From the NCBI GenBank assembly GCA_963737265.1, contig CAVTRY010000011.1, positions 352,001-416,000 on the forward strand: a stretch of 64,000 bases of DNA. Direction: 5' to 3'. Source of the DNA: an uncultured delta proteobacterium. Lineage in GTDB: Bacteria > Myxococcota_A > Polyangia > Fen-1088. The translations under genes and the position numbers were made by a program. Below the pieces are notes generated by a model, which did no database searches, was not told the origin of the DNA, and saw nothing but the letters and a program-made list of their open reading frames with translations. Shown here one piece after another: positions 50,544 through 61,032 of this stretch (within the stretch, counting starts at the first letter, position 1; each line of letters opens with the position of its first letter).

Positions 50544-52679
50544 TCAGTAATAAAGCTCGTTCTCGACCAGAACATTTCCGTCTTGTAGGAGCGTGGCCGT
50601 GTGTAGCCTTCTCGGATAGTTCATCGAACCTGTGGGAGAAAAACTTCCGCTGCTAGGGTCGTACAGCTCCGCGCTCGACCAGACCGTGTTTGAACCGGAG
50701 GTGTCGATTCCCCAGCCACCTGCCACGAGAACCTCGCCGTTCGGCAAAAGCGTCGCTGAATGCGCGGAGCGGCCCACGCTCATCGAGCCAGAGGCGGAGA
50801 AACTCCCGTTGCTCGGGTCGAAGAGTTCCGTGCTTGAGCTGTTCGCACCGCCCACGACTATTACCTTGCCGTTTGGTAAAAGGTTTGCCGTGTGATACAC
50901 CCTGCCCGCCGGCAACCAGCACCTTTCCATTTGGTAGGCGGGTGGCCGTGAAGTGCTGTCTGCTGCTGGACATATACCCTGTGGCTGTAAAGGTGCCGCT
51001 GTTCGGGTCGTACAACTCTGCGCTGGATAGGCAGACGGAATTGTCGCCGTTTAATCCACCAATGACGAGAACCTTGCCGTTTGCCAGACGAACGGCGGCA
51101 TGATTCGCCCTGGCGGTGGTCATGTTTCCTGCTGCCACGAACGAACCACTAACGGGGTCATACAATTCCGCGCTGGCCAAGTTGGTTCCCCCACTAGCTC
51201 CGCCGGTGATGAGCACCTTGCCGCTCGGTAGCAAAGTCGCCACGTGATAGTCCCTAACCGTTGACATCGCGCCCGTAGCCGTGAACGTTCCCGTGCTGGG
51301 GTCGTACAATTCTGCTCTCGAGGGTGGCGCCGATCCGTTGACGTCGCCGCCAGCGATGAGCACCTGGCCGGTCGGCAGTAATGCTGCCGCCTCTCCAAAT
51401 CTACCGACAATCGGGGTGCCGGTCAGCGTGAACACGCCCGATCCCACGGCCGTGCTCACGGTGACCGTGGCTTGCTTGGTGACGGAATCGCCGGCCAGGT
51501 TGGTCACGGTCAAGGTGTAGGTCGTGTTGGCGGTCAGGGTGCCGGTGGGGACGCCGGTGCCGCTGGCGACGGTGCCGATGCCCTGGTCGATGCTGCCGGT
51601 ACCGCCGGTGAAGGTGGCGGTCAGCTGGGTGAGGGTTCCGCAGGCGATGGTCGGCATCAGCGCGGCGAAGCTGGCGATCACCGGCAGCGGAACCACGGTG
51701 ACCGTGGCCTTGGCTGAGGCGGAAAGGCCCGCGCTGTTGATGACGGTCAGGGTGTAGGTCGTGGTCGATGACAGGGGACCGGTGCCGATGCCGTTGCCGC
51801 TGCTGATGCTGCCGATGCCGTGGTCGACGCTGGAGCCGCTGGCCCCGGCGAAGATCGCAGTCAGGGTCGCGCTGGAGCCGGCGCTGATGGTGGCCGGGCT
51901 GGCGGTGAAGCTGGTGATGGTTGGTGGCGCCGGGGGTGGGCTGTCTTGGCTGCTGAGGACGTCTTGGCCGCCGGGGCCGTCCTGACTGTCCGGGCCGCCG
52001 ACCAGCATGTCGCTGGTTCTGTCGACCGGCGTATCGGTGGGCGAATCGGCGAGTGAAGACACCTCCTTGGAGGGCACCACGTCGCCGAGAACTCCAACGT
52101 CGTTCGCCGCGACTTCGACCACGACTTCGACCGCGACGTCGACCGGCACATCGATGATGCCAACGGACACGTCGGCCGTGTTGTTCGGCGCCGCATCGAC
52201 GGGCACGTCCACGCCACCCGCGCCGACATCGCCCACGCCGAACGCACTGCCGCCATCGGCGAAGAGGCCGCTGTCGTGCCCGACGTTCGGAGCGCCGCCG
52301 TCTCCGCACGCCAGAGCGGATCTCCCGATCGTGACCTGCGCGGTGTTCTTAGCGCCGGCCGTGATTGTGACCAGGAACGGGGCAGGGGTTTCGCCCATCA
52401 CGCATCCGGTCCTGTCCAGGGTTTGCACCGTGAAGGTTATCGTTCCCGCGGGTAAGTCCGGGTATTCGAGCAGAAACGAGCCGCCACCAGTGGGCGGGAA
52501 GGCGGCGGCATAGCTTCGGCGCGTGGAGCCCGGCCCGATCAGATCGATCGCGACCGCGGGCGCCGGCGGGTTTTGCGCATCCGGCTCAGGGTAAGCGCCA
52601 GCAGCCCATAGTCCTGCTTCGAGCCACACCCGACGAACAGGGCCAGTCCGACAAACAGGGCGCACGCTAGTGAACGCAT
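50544..52679 (-). pseudogene. Lipoprotein with Ig-like and Kelch domains, disrupted
   Basis: MRSLACALFVGLALFVGC lipobox; frameshift near 52590; SAELYDP/HxATLL Kelch repeats; half-repeat deletion with frameshift near 50900; ends mid-repeat (GNVLVENELYY). Confidence 0.75.
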
Positions 52680-53290
52680 GGCACCCCCGAATCGCAGGCA
52701 GGCGATTTCGTGCCGCCGCCCCTGCTTAGCAAGACCGCGGTCACGACCCCGCCCGCGACCACGGCGCCCACACCGGTCCAGAACCACCAGCGCTGATAGA
52801 CCGGGGCCTCCGCCGGTGCTTCGGGCATCCGTGCGTCGAGCAGCATGGGCGTCGGCGATGGCGCCGGCGGGGCAGGTGGCGGGGCAGGCGCCGCAGTTGC
52901 TGGCGCCGGCATCACAATGACGGTCGGCTGCGTCGCACTGGCTGGCTTGCGCTCCAGATCCTCGATCCGCCGCTCGATCGCCTTCACGTCGTCGGGTGGC
53001 AGCGGCCCGGCCTTGCGTAGAAATTCACGAAAACGAGAGGCCGCGGAGGCGTTTTGAGCGTTCAACTCATAGCAGCGCGCCTGATTGAAGATGAGCGTCG
53101 GGTTTTTCGAATCCAGCCACAACTCCGCCAGCAGCCGTACCCCCTCGCGAAAATTCCCCGCCGCGCACTCAAGGCGCGCCTTCTTCTCCTTCTTCGCATC
53201 GAGCTCCGTCTTGTCCGCCGCGGAGGCGCTTGGGCCGGCGAGGGTCACCAGCAGCGCCGCGACAACGATCGAATGCATCGTGGACTTCAT
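52667..53290 (-). CDS. Exported TPR-like protein with Pro-rich linker and C-terminal TM segment
   Basis: Signal peptide, LIFNQARCYE, PVYQRWWFWTGVGAVVAGGV; ATG 53290. Confidence 0.78.
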   Translation of the reverse strand: MKSTMHSIVVAALLVTLAGPSASAADKTELDAKKEKKARLECAAGNFREGVRLLAELWLDSKNPTLIFNQARCYELNAQNASAASRFREFLRKAGPLPPDDVKAIERRIEDLERKPASATQPTVIVMPAPATAAPAPPPAPPAPSPTPMLLDARMPEAPAEAPVYQRWWFWTGVGAVVAGGVVTAVLLSRGGGTKSPACDSGVPCVH

Positions 53291-53497
53291 GGTTCGCGTC
53301 TCCTCTACACCGCGCAATCTATCCGTCTTGGTCGAAAAATCGCAATCGAAGCCGTCACCTTGCACCCTCGGGACGCGCTTGAGCAAGCGACGGTAGGGGC
53401 GAAGCAGCGCCAAGGACGCGTCCCACGCAGCTCAGTCTTTGATGTTGCCGTCATTTTCACCTGACACAATCAGTAGACTTCGCAATCCCAGCAGTCG

Positions 53498-54733
53498 TCA
53501 TGGCTGAAACCACTCAAAGGTCACGGTTCCATCGGCGGCGCGCACACCCCAGTAGGTGCCGACTGATGTCGATGCCACGGGAAGCGGGCTGTCCAGGTCG
53601 ACAGAGTGCCGCAGCACCTCCGGCCGTTTGCGCGCCCAGAGATCTCCGTCCTCGGTCAAAAACGTGGGGGAGAACGACGGCTTCACGTCGTAGTAGTAAT
53701 CCTTGTTGACGTCGAACGCAGCGGAGTGCAGCGTGCCCGCGGGAATGTCGATACCCGAGAGGGAGATGGCGCCCTGGTCGGCATTGGGGCCAATGTTCAT
53801 GGCAGCGATGCTGTATGCCGGCTGTTCTGCTTGCGACTGCACAACGGCGACTAGCTGGAACCGCCCGGCGGACATGGGTGACCCGGCCCAGACGCCAAGG
53901 CGCTGGCGGACGATGGGCACCATCCCCGGAATCGGTTCAGATCGAATCACCCGCATGCGTTCCGGCGACACGAGCGCCACACCCAGCACAGCGCCTTCGG
54001 CGGTCGCTTCCACCCATCCGATGACCGCGTGCTGGGACTCTTCGCCGGGAATGGTACCGGCGATGGATACCACGGGTTGCCCCGGAATCTCGGATTGCGC
54101 CTCGCTGGTCACGGAACCGGCGGTCTTGATCTGTCCCGAAAACGAGTGCCGCCAAAGCGCGGTCCCGCTGCCCGCCGGGCGCCAGGAATAAAGGTTGCCG
54201 ACCCCGGAGTGATCCGTGACCGCCGGCAGGATCGGAACCTCATCGGCATCGATCGCGATTTCGATGGGTTTTAGCTGCATCAACGCCTGCATGTGAAGTC
54301 GGCGGCCGAGCAGCCAGCCTACCCAGAACTGGTGCGACATGCTGGCCGAGACAGCGCTCGTTGCGCCGAAGAGCAAGGCGCCCTCGGGTACCGGCACATC
54401 CCACGAGACCCATTTGTCCGTTTCGAGATGTGCCCGCTCCCGGCCGGTTTGCGCGAACTCGGCGGTGTGGAGAATTCGATTCTTGCCCAGCACCGCCAGC
54501 ACAAAGACTTCGTCGGCGAAATCTTGGTAGATGGCGACGAGACCCGGATTGGCGAGAGCGAAAGATGGCATTTTCATCCTCAACGGCATGTTGTTATTGG
54601 GGCGGTCGGCGACCGCATTTGAGTGCGTGCAGCCCTGGCAGCCCTGAAGGATCACGGCGAAGGCGACACAGCGAAGGGCAATGTAGCGTCGCAACCGGCC
54701 CGGACGCCGACTAGGGCTTGATGTTCCCGTCAT
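53498..54733 (-). CDS. Hypothetical exported protein or lipoprotein
   Basis: 411 aa; hydrophobic N-terminus with LQGC; overlaps the upstream gene by 23 bp. Confidence 0.6.
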   Translation of the reverse strand: MTGTSSPSRRPGRLRRYIALRCVAFAVILQGCQGCTHSNAVADRPNNNMPLRMKMPSFALANPGLVAIYQDFADEVFVLAVLGKNRILHTAEFAQTGRERAHLETDKWVSWDVPVPEGALLFGATSAVSASMSHQFWVGWLLGRRLHMQALMQLKPIEIAIDADEVPILPAVTDHSGVGNLYSWRPAGSGTALWRHSFSGQIKTAGSVTSEAQSEIPGQPVVSIAGTIPGEESQHAVIGWVEATAEGAVLGVALVSPERMRVIRSEPIPGMVPIVRQRLGVWAGSPMSAGRFQLVAVVQSQAEQPAYSIAAMNIGPNADQGAISLSGIDIPAGTLHSAAFDVNKDYYYDVKPSFSPTFLTEDGDLWARKRPEVLRHSVDLDSPLPVASTSVGTYWGVRAADGTVTFEWFQP

Positions 54734-56303
54734 TCTTCACCTGCAGGTAGTCCCATCCGGCCAGCTTTAAGTAGCAGAGCCCGCAGAGGTGCTTCTTGTT
54801 CGAGGCGTAGGACATGATGCAAACCTGATTCTTGTCGTGGGCGGACGCTTGAACGTCATCCGGAACGTCCCTTGGGTCGAAGGTCCCGGGTGCGTGGGCC
54901 AGAAAGAGAGCGTGGCCGACCTCGTGGATGAAGGTCTCCGCGTCGTCGGAGACCGTGAACTGTAAGAATATTGCCTTCCTGCGACCAGTTAAACCTGGAA
55001 TCGGACCTGCGACGCCCGCCGTGAAGCCCCCGGCTTTCGGGTTCTGATTGTGTGGGCCGTTGCGGCCGAACTTCACCGCCGTGATACCGTTGTCAGGAAT
55101 CGGGATTCGTTGGGCTACCTTCGCCGTGACCAGGTACCACGCGTCGTCGCACTTCTCTTTGTACGCCTGCTCGTCGCTGGCGCCGAAGAAGTTCCTGATT
55201 CTCTCCCACAGTACGCCGAAGAAACCCGCATCCGGATTTGTCAGCTCCCAGTAGTCCATGAACTCCCGGAAGCGGACGGGATAGCCTTGGGGGTCGGATT
55301 CCAGAGCCTTGCTCAAGAAGGGATCCTTCGCCTTCTCAGCGACAGCGGTCTTGTACTCCGCGGCCCACTTGGCGCCGATGTCTTGCGGGGCAACACCTGG
55401 CGCGGGCTCGATCAGCAGGGCTGCCTTCTTGTATTCCGCGGTCAGCGGCGGCGTCGTGATGGGCGTGGTTCTTGCCCCGACAATCCAGGTCGCCACGATG
55501 GGAATGCGCCGCCAGGAAACCAGCTTGACGATGTTCGACCGGTGAGGCGCCGGGGCGCTGTGTGGGGCGGCTTCGTCTTTGACATCGAGCTTTTCGCCGA
55601 CATCGACGATGGCCCGCACCTTGTGCGTGTCACCCGCCATGCGGCCGGGTCTGAAGTACACCGCCGAGTCGGCGCTGTCGTCGGCGCCATCGCCGCAATC
55701 GGTGAACGCGGCCCAATCACGCTGTGCGGGCGCTGTCATGTTCCATTCGTCGCCGGAGGTCCACTGGGTCCCGGCGGTCGCGCGGTCAGCGGACTTGGCG
55801 CGAAAGCCGCCGACCATGAGATGGGCGGACGCCCCCTTGGGCTGGGTGGCGCTCTCCTCGAAGGATGACGCCTTCTTCACAAAGGTCTTGGCGGCGGCAT
55901 GCATCCCGCGGCTACCCAGCGAACCGTCGAAATCGGCCGAAGATTCGAGCTTGAAGTCCCAGAGCAGGCGAGCTCCGATGAGCACCGGCGCCGAGCGCCT
56001 TCCTTCGCCGGACTTGGACTTTAACGTGATACGAGCCAAGAAGGGTACCGTTGGACCCGCACCCACGGCGGCCTCGTATTCCGAGGACGACGTATCGTCG
56101 TCCATCTCCCTATTCGTCTTTCTGAACAGCGGACTCTCGACCATCACCCGCCCTTCGCAGTCGCCCGGCATGCCGCTCTTCTTCAGCTCGTCGATGAGGG
56201 CGGCGACGGTGGTCTTCCACTGGTCGGCGACAGCCAGCGGGCCGCTGTCGTCAACCACGATCTTGATGTCCTTGACCTCGATGCCGAGCTTGCGAGGGGC
56301 CAA
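54711..56303 (-). CDS. Protein with C-terminal metzincin-like zinc protease motif; start uncertain, possibly 5'-truncated
   Basis: HEVGHALFLAH (HExxHxxxxxH), CIMSY Met-turn, LCGLC; only a TTG start without clear RBS. Confidence 0.65.
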   Translation of the reverse strand: MAPRKLGIEVKDIKIVVDDSGPLAVADQWKTTVAALIDELKKSGMPGDCEGRVMVESPLFRKTNREMDDDTSSSEYEAAVGAGPTVPFLARITLKSKSGEGRRSAPVLIGARLLWDFKLESSADFDGSLGSRGMHAAAKTFVKKASSFEESATQPKGASAHLMVGGFRAKSADRATAGTQWTSGDEWNMTAPAQRDWAAFTDCGDGADDSADSAVYFRPGRMAGDTHKVRAIVDVGEKLDVKDEAAPHSAPAPHRSNIVKLVSWRRIPIVATWIVGARTTPITTPPLTAEYKKAALLIEPAPGVAPQDIGAKWAAEYKTAVAEKAKDPFLSKALESDPQGYPVRFREFMDYWELTNPDAGFFGVLWERIRNFFGASDEQAYKEKCDDAWYLVTAKVAQRIPIPDNGITAVKFGRNGPHNQNPKAGGFTAGVAGPIPGLTGRRKAIFLQFTVSDDAETFIHEVGHALFLAHAPGTFDPRDVPDDVQASAHDKNQVCIMSYASNKKHLCGLCYLKLAGWDYLQVKNDGNIKP

Positions 56304-56560
56304 ACATCAAATCCATGGCGCCATCCGACGCGTGATTCGGAAGCCAATCATTATGGCGAAGGCTACTCGAAGGCGGGTTTGTCTCGTAGCGAAAGGTGGT
56401 TGACGCGACCCCTCGTTTCAATAGACTGGCGCTCGCAAGCCCCGACCCCTGGGTATTGGACGCTGCCAACTGACCCCGAACGCCCGACCCTTTGGGTTTT
56501 GGGGCCGTCGGTACGCAACGAATCTCCCGGCCCCCTCAGTCGGGGAATCAACTCCCGGAT

Positions 56561-58575
56561 TTACCCCACGACCTCCAGGAACTCCGCAATCACCCGGATC
56601 TCGCCGTCCTCCCGCCGCAGGTGCATGGGCTTGAAGTCCGGGTTATCCGAACGCAACTCGATTTCCTTCGCGCCGCCGTCCTTGCCAACGCTGGCCACGT
56701 GCCAGCGCTTGAGCGTGTAGCTGCCGCCGTGCTCGGGGTCGGTGTCGTCACGTAGTTGCACCACCACGCGCTTGCCATCGAGCGCGGTGGGCGCTGGCGC
56801 CACGCCACCGGGGAACAAGCGGAACAAGGCCCAGCAGCCATCTGGGATTGCGGTTTCCATCGAGCGCCCTGCCACTTTGGCCACGAACATGCGTCGGTCG
56901 GGGATGTGCTGGGCGTGGACCTTGGCCCAGCCGATGATCTGCGGTGCTTGCGACTCGCTGAAACCGCCGGCCGCCGCGGCCAGGTCGTGGACGGGCAGGG
57001 CGCTTCGGTACTCCTCGGCGGGCGGCACGCTGTCCACGATTTCCAACCTGGCGATCCGGTTGAGCAAGGGATCCATGTCGGGCAGCAAGGGCAGCCGTTC
57101 CTGATGGTGCAGAAGATCCGCGATCTCCTTGCGCGACTGCTGGCCCCACCATGTGATGTCCTTGCGGTCCGCGGGCTCGTTCTCAAGCAGCAAAATGTAG
57201 TGCCAGGGCTCCTTGTCGTGCTCGGTCAGCAATTCGCAGTAGCGCTGGCCGCGGCGGGCCTTCTCCTTGTCACGGTCGTCGTAGCGGCCCTTCACCTCGA
57301 TGATGAAATTGTGGAAGACCTCGCCGATGCGGGCGCGCGCGATGAAGTCCGGGTAGTAGTGCGATAGCAAGCCCTGCCAGTCGTACTCGATGAAGTACCC
57401 GACGCCGCTGCGGTGGTTGTAAACCCAGCCGGTCACGTCCTTGGCTTCGTCGAGCAGCCGCGCAACCGCCTCTTCATCGGCGTTCTCGACCGCCGCACGG
57501 TCGTAGCTGCTCTTCTTGGGATCATCGAAGACGTGTTTCTTCAGCGCTTGATAGCCGGCCAGTTCCTCGGTTTTGCGCTCGGATAGCTGCGCCTCGCTGG
57601 TCCGCCGTTCGGCCGTGATCGCTTCCTGCAAGGATGGCAGCAGCGCCTTCTTCACTGCGGCGATGACATCGGCCCGAGCCAGGTTGCCAAGCGCGATGCG
57701 CGCGTGCGGCCCTTCGGGGATGCGGTCGAAGTAGATGGGGATTCCCATGGGCAGATTGAAAGTCTTTCGTTCTAGGAACTCGCGCACCAAACCCTTCACC
57801 GCGTTCTTGTGCTGAAAGCTCGCCCGCATCTCGCGCAGCATGGGCACCGCCATTGCCACTTCGATGATGTGGTCGAAGTCGCGATAGGACGGCACCTCGG
57901 GGATCGTGAATCTCTGGCCATCCGTCTCGGTCGCGGCCAGGGCCTCTTTTAGGTAGGTCGTGATCTCCGTGTCCGCGATGTTCTCCTGCCAAGCCAGGCG
58001 CGGCGAAAGTTCTGGCACGCGTTCCAGGTCGAACGACTTGCGCCAGTCGGGTACCACCTCGCGCATGCCCTCGAAGCGCACCAGGCGTACGCCAGCGGCC
58101 TCGCGCTCGGTCAGATCTGCCTTCTGCAAGATGGGCACGTATTCGCGGCTGTGCTCAATCTCGTCCGAGGACTTGAGATCCACGATGTCGTGGATCTGGT
58201 CGATGATGCTGCGGAAGGAAGGGTGCTCGATGACGTACAGCTCTTCCTTCTGCATGGAGGCGCCGCCGTCTTCGTCGAGGATCGGCGGGTGCATCATGCG
58301 CAAACCGCGGCCCAGCGTCTGCTCGGTCAGGGTGCGCGAGTCGCACGGGCGCAAAGGCACGATGACCTTCACGTTGCGCACGTCCCAACCCTCTTTCAGC
58401 ATCATCACGCTGACCACGACGTTGTAGGGGTTGTCTTCGAGAACAGGCTGCCCGTCGCCGTCGAGCACCGGCCGCCCGTCGCCGTCCATCTTGGGGATGC
58501 GGTCGTGGTCCACGGCGTTGACCGAACGGCGGACGGCATCCCAGGCTTCCTCGTTGCGCTCTTCCTTCTTGAGCG
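56561..58575 (-). pseudogene. 3' half of a type III-like restriction (Res) helicase/nuclease fused to an S24 peptidase domain
   Basis: VSVMMLKEGWDVRNV and EQTLGRGLR (late helicase motifs), YYPDF..IIEVKG nuclease, AAAGG/GRSM/TLKR S24; Walker A and DEAH absent. Confidence 0.8.
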
Positions 58576-59432
58576 CTACTTGGAATGCCGTGGCCCGAAG
58601 AAGCGATCACCGTTGTAGTGAAGGAGGTGATCAGGAAACTCTGCAACCCATACCTCGGTTTCCCAGGCGATCTCGTCAGCATACCTTTTGAATTCGCGGA
58701 ACGATGGGAACGCCGAGACGTACACCCGACCCGGTGCCAATTGCGATCTTCATCGTAGAGCACGACATCTGGAAGCTTGTCGTGCTTGGTAACTGGCACG
58801 CCGAGTGCGGTGAGTTGGGTCTCGACGATCAGCTTGGTCTTGTGATCTGTGTCGCCGAGATAGAGAACAATGGTGTTTGCGGCGAATCGAGGCAGGAAAG
58901 TCTGGATGATTTCGGCCTGCAGCAAGTTGTGCACGCCTGGCGACAATTCAAGCGACGTGCCTCCGGGGAGAGATACGGCAACCGCGGCCTGTTTTCTCGC
59001 GCGCCCATACAGCTCCGCAAGCCCACCTTTTTGCGCAGTCAAGAATCGACGAACGGCAGTTTCAAATCCCTTCGCCCCGAATGTGCGAATGACTTCGAGG
59101 GCCTCCGGAGTAAGTGCGTAGTGCGTTCGTGGTGAGTTCGTAGCCAGGTTCGGATCGTCGGGGTTGCGTGCCAGGATGCCTCCTTGCACGAATTGGTGAA
59201 TCGCCTGGCGACGAATCGTCTCCCGCGTATTCTCCGCGTAGATCTTATGATAGTTGTCCCTGGCGAATGCAATCACATCGTGCGGCGTTCGGCGCGGATT
59301 ACTCGCCTTGCCCCATGGTGTTCTCGGCCCGATATTTGCGAACGCAAGCAAGGTATAGACAGCGTTTGGGTTCTGCTGCTCCGTCGGCATGCCGAATGCT
59401 GCGAGTATATCCTTGGCGTCATCAGGCTTCAC
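58576..59432 (-). pseudogene. BsuBI/PstI-family type II restriction endonuclease with internal deletion and frameshift
   Basis: YAENTRETIRRQAIHQF, LSPGVHN, LYLGDT, HDKLPDVVLY; after DRNW the C-terminus (VYVSAF..IAWETEVW..HYNGDRFFGP, stop 58576) is in another frame; no EAVTSHGP-like segment present. Confidence 0.82.
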
Positions 59433-60945
59433 CAAGCACCCCACTCGCCGCAGTGTCTGCCGATTGTCCACCAGCCACACGTGTCGCGATAGCGTCGAGA
59501 ATAGGCCCGGGTGGCAATGGCAAAGCGCGGAGTTCAGTGGCACTCACCTGCGTGTTGCCGCTTGAAATCCGAAAGTAGGAATCGATGAGATCCGAGTTGA
59601 GAAGAGCGGCGAGTCCGATGGCCTCCGAGGTCGAGAGCTCGCCGCCTGGACGATGGATGAAGTTCACATGATTTTCGAGGCCGATCATGTCAGTCGGGAG
59701 ACACCCAGCAAGGTACGGCCCTGCGACCAGCCGGCGTGCATCTTCCTTGGCTGAGAAGCGACGAATGAGCACGTAGGTGCGGTTTGCAACTAGGAGCTTT
59801 GGGCCTGCGCCGCGCTCTATGTGTTCGGGCTTCCGAAATCCACCGGCGAGGGGCCATCTGACAACGCCCGGGAGCACGTGTTGAAGCCACAGCAGCGGCA
59901 CCGTACTGGCGGATGGCGCCTCACGAAGGAATTCCTCCGCGCGAAAGGGCACGACGGGGCCTGTCGATACTTCGAGTTTCATAGTGGCCAAGGTTCCAGC
60001 CCACCCTTCGACCATGTCCATGACTCGAAGATCGCGGCGATTGGATGGCAAGAACACGGACGAATCACGTTCTTCCGCAATCACGCGACCGCGCGGGACA
60101 ACGCTGATCGCTCGCTCTGCAAGGTCGGATTCCCCCTGGGACGACGAGATCGTCACCGACGGATTCGGCAGATCGGTCTTCCTGTACATCACGATGATGT
60201 TCTCTTGGAGCACGCCGTCGTTACGAAAAGCGTCGGTCCGAGACTCGAATACGTGAACGTGATCGAGGCGAGCGACGGAATGGAGACGTCGCCGGAAGCG
60301 TTTGAAGTAGTAACCGGACGAGAAGCTCCTCGGAATGATGAAGCAAATTTGTCCGCCACCCGTAAGCATCCTAATCGCAACATCGACAAAGCGTGCGTAG
60401 GCGTTTGGTGCGTCACCACCAGAATCATCAGTTGGCGACATCTTGAAGTACGGCGGGTTTCCGATGGCGTAGTCGAAGCTCGGCAGTGGCCTTGTGCCAA
60501 GTCTAGGGCGATCAAGTTCGAGAAAATCGTCCTCGACAACGCTGTACTGAAGGCGTTCTCCCCAAGTTTGCTGTGCGGCTGCCAACGATTCGCGGAGAAT
60601 TCGAGCGGCACCTGGTTCCTTCTCGACCGCGGTGAGATGAACTCGGCCGGGGCACCGGCGAAGCAGATCGTTGACCGCGGCGATTCCGAGAACCCCCGTT
60701 CCGGCCCCGGGATCAAGAATGCGCACGCATTCGCCACGGGGAGCATCGAAGAGGGACGCCATGAATGCCGCAATCTTGGGACTCGTAAAGAACTGCCCCC
60801 ACGATTTCTTGTGTGCATCACCCGTGTCGCTGCGATAGCCGGCGGACAGAGCTGCTACATTGTCGAATATCTCACCCGTGTGCAATTCGCCCTCGATGAG
60901 GCTGGCGAAAGGGGACGAATGAAGACCTGAATGTCTCATGTTCAC
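59422..60945 (-). CDS. N6-adenine DNA methyltransferase (BsuBI/PstI, Eco57I-like gamma class)
   Basis: GQFFTS, DPGAGTG, GNPPY, IIPRSFSSGYYF, VLQENII, STGPVVPFR, GNTQVSATEL; overlaps the endonuclease start. Confidence 0.9.
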   Translation of the reverse strand: MNMRHSGLHSSPFASLIEGELHTGEIFDNVAALSAGYRSDTGDAHKKSWGQFFTSPKIAAFMASLFDAPRGECVRILDPGAGTGVLGIAAVNDLLRRCPGRVHLTAVEKEPGAARILRESLAAAQQTWGERLQYSVVEDDFLELDRPRLGTRPLPSFDYAIGNPPYFKMSPTDDSGGDAPNAYARFVDVAIRMLTGGGQICFIIPRSFSSGYYFKRFRRRLHSVARLDHVHVFESRTDAFRNDGVLQENIIVMYRKTDLPNPSVTISSSQGESDLAERAISVVPRGRVIAEERDSSVFLPSNRRDLRVMDMVEGWAGTLATMKLEVSTGPVVPFRAEEFLREAPSASTVPLLWLQHVLPGVVRWPLAGGFRKPEHIERGAGPKLLVANRTYVLIRRFSAKEDARRLVAGPYLAGCLPTDMIGLENHVNFIHRPGGELSTSEAIGLAALLNSDLIDSYFRISSGNTQVSATELRALPLPPGPILDAIATRVAGGQSADTAASGVLGEA

Positions 60946-60990
60946 TCTGATGGAGGATGGCCGATAACGGATTGTGTGTAAACCGGCTTC

Positions 60991-61018
60991 GCGAAATTCG
61001 ATGAGCGAAATTCGATGA
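60991..61018. repeat. 14-bp perfect direct repeat x2 upstream of the type II methyltransferase
   Basis: gcgaaattcgatga gcgaaattcgatga. Confidence 0.8.
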
Positions 61019-61032
61019 TAAGAACGGAAATA

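Noticed and set aside
56436-56500. Imperfect repeat cccgaccc(c/tt)tgggt
   Set aside because: Two short degenerate copies in GC-rich DNA; could be chance
58155-59543. 462-aa ORF as an intact endonuclease
   Set aside because: Only the portion from 59432 to about 58737 is family-like; the rest is out-of-frame read-through
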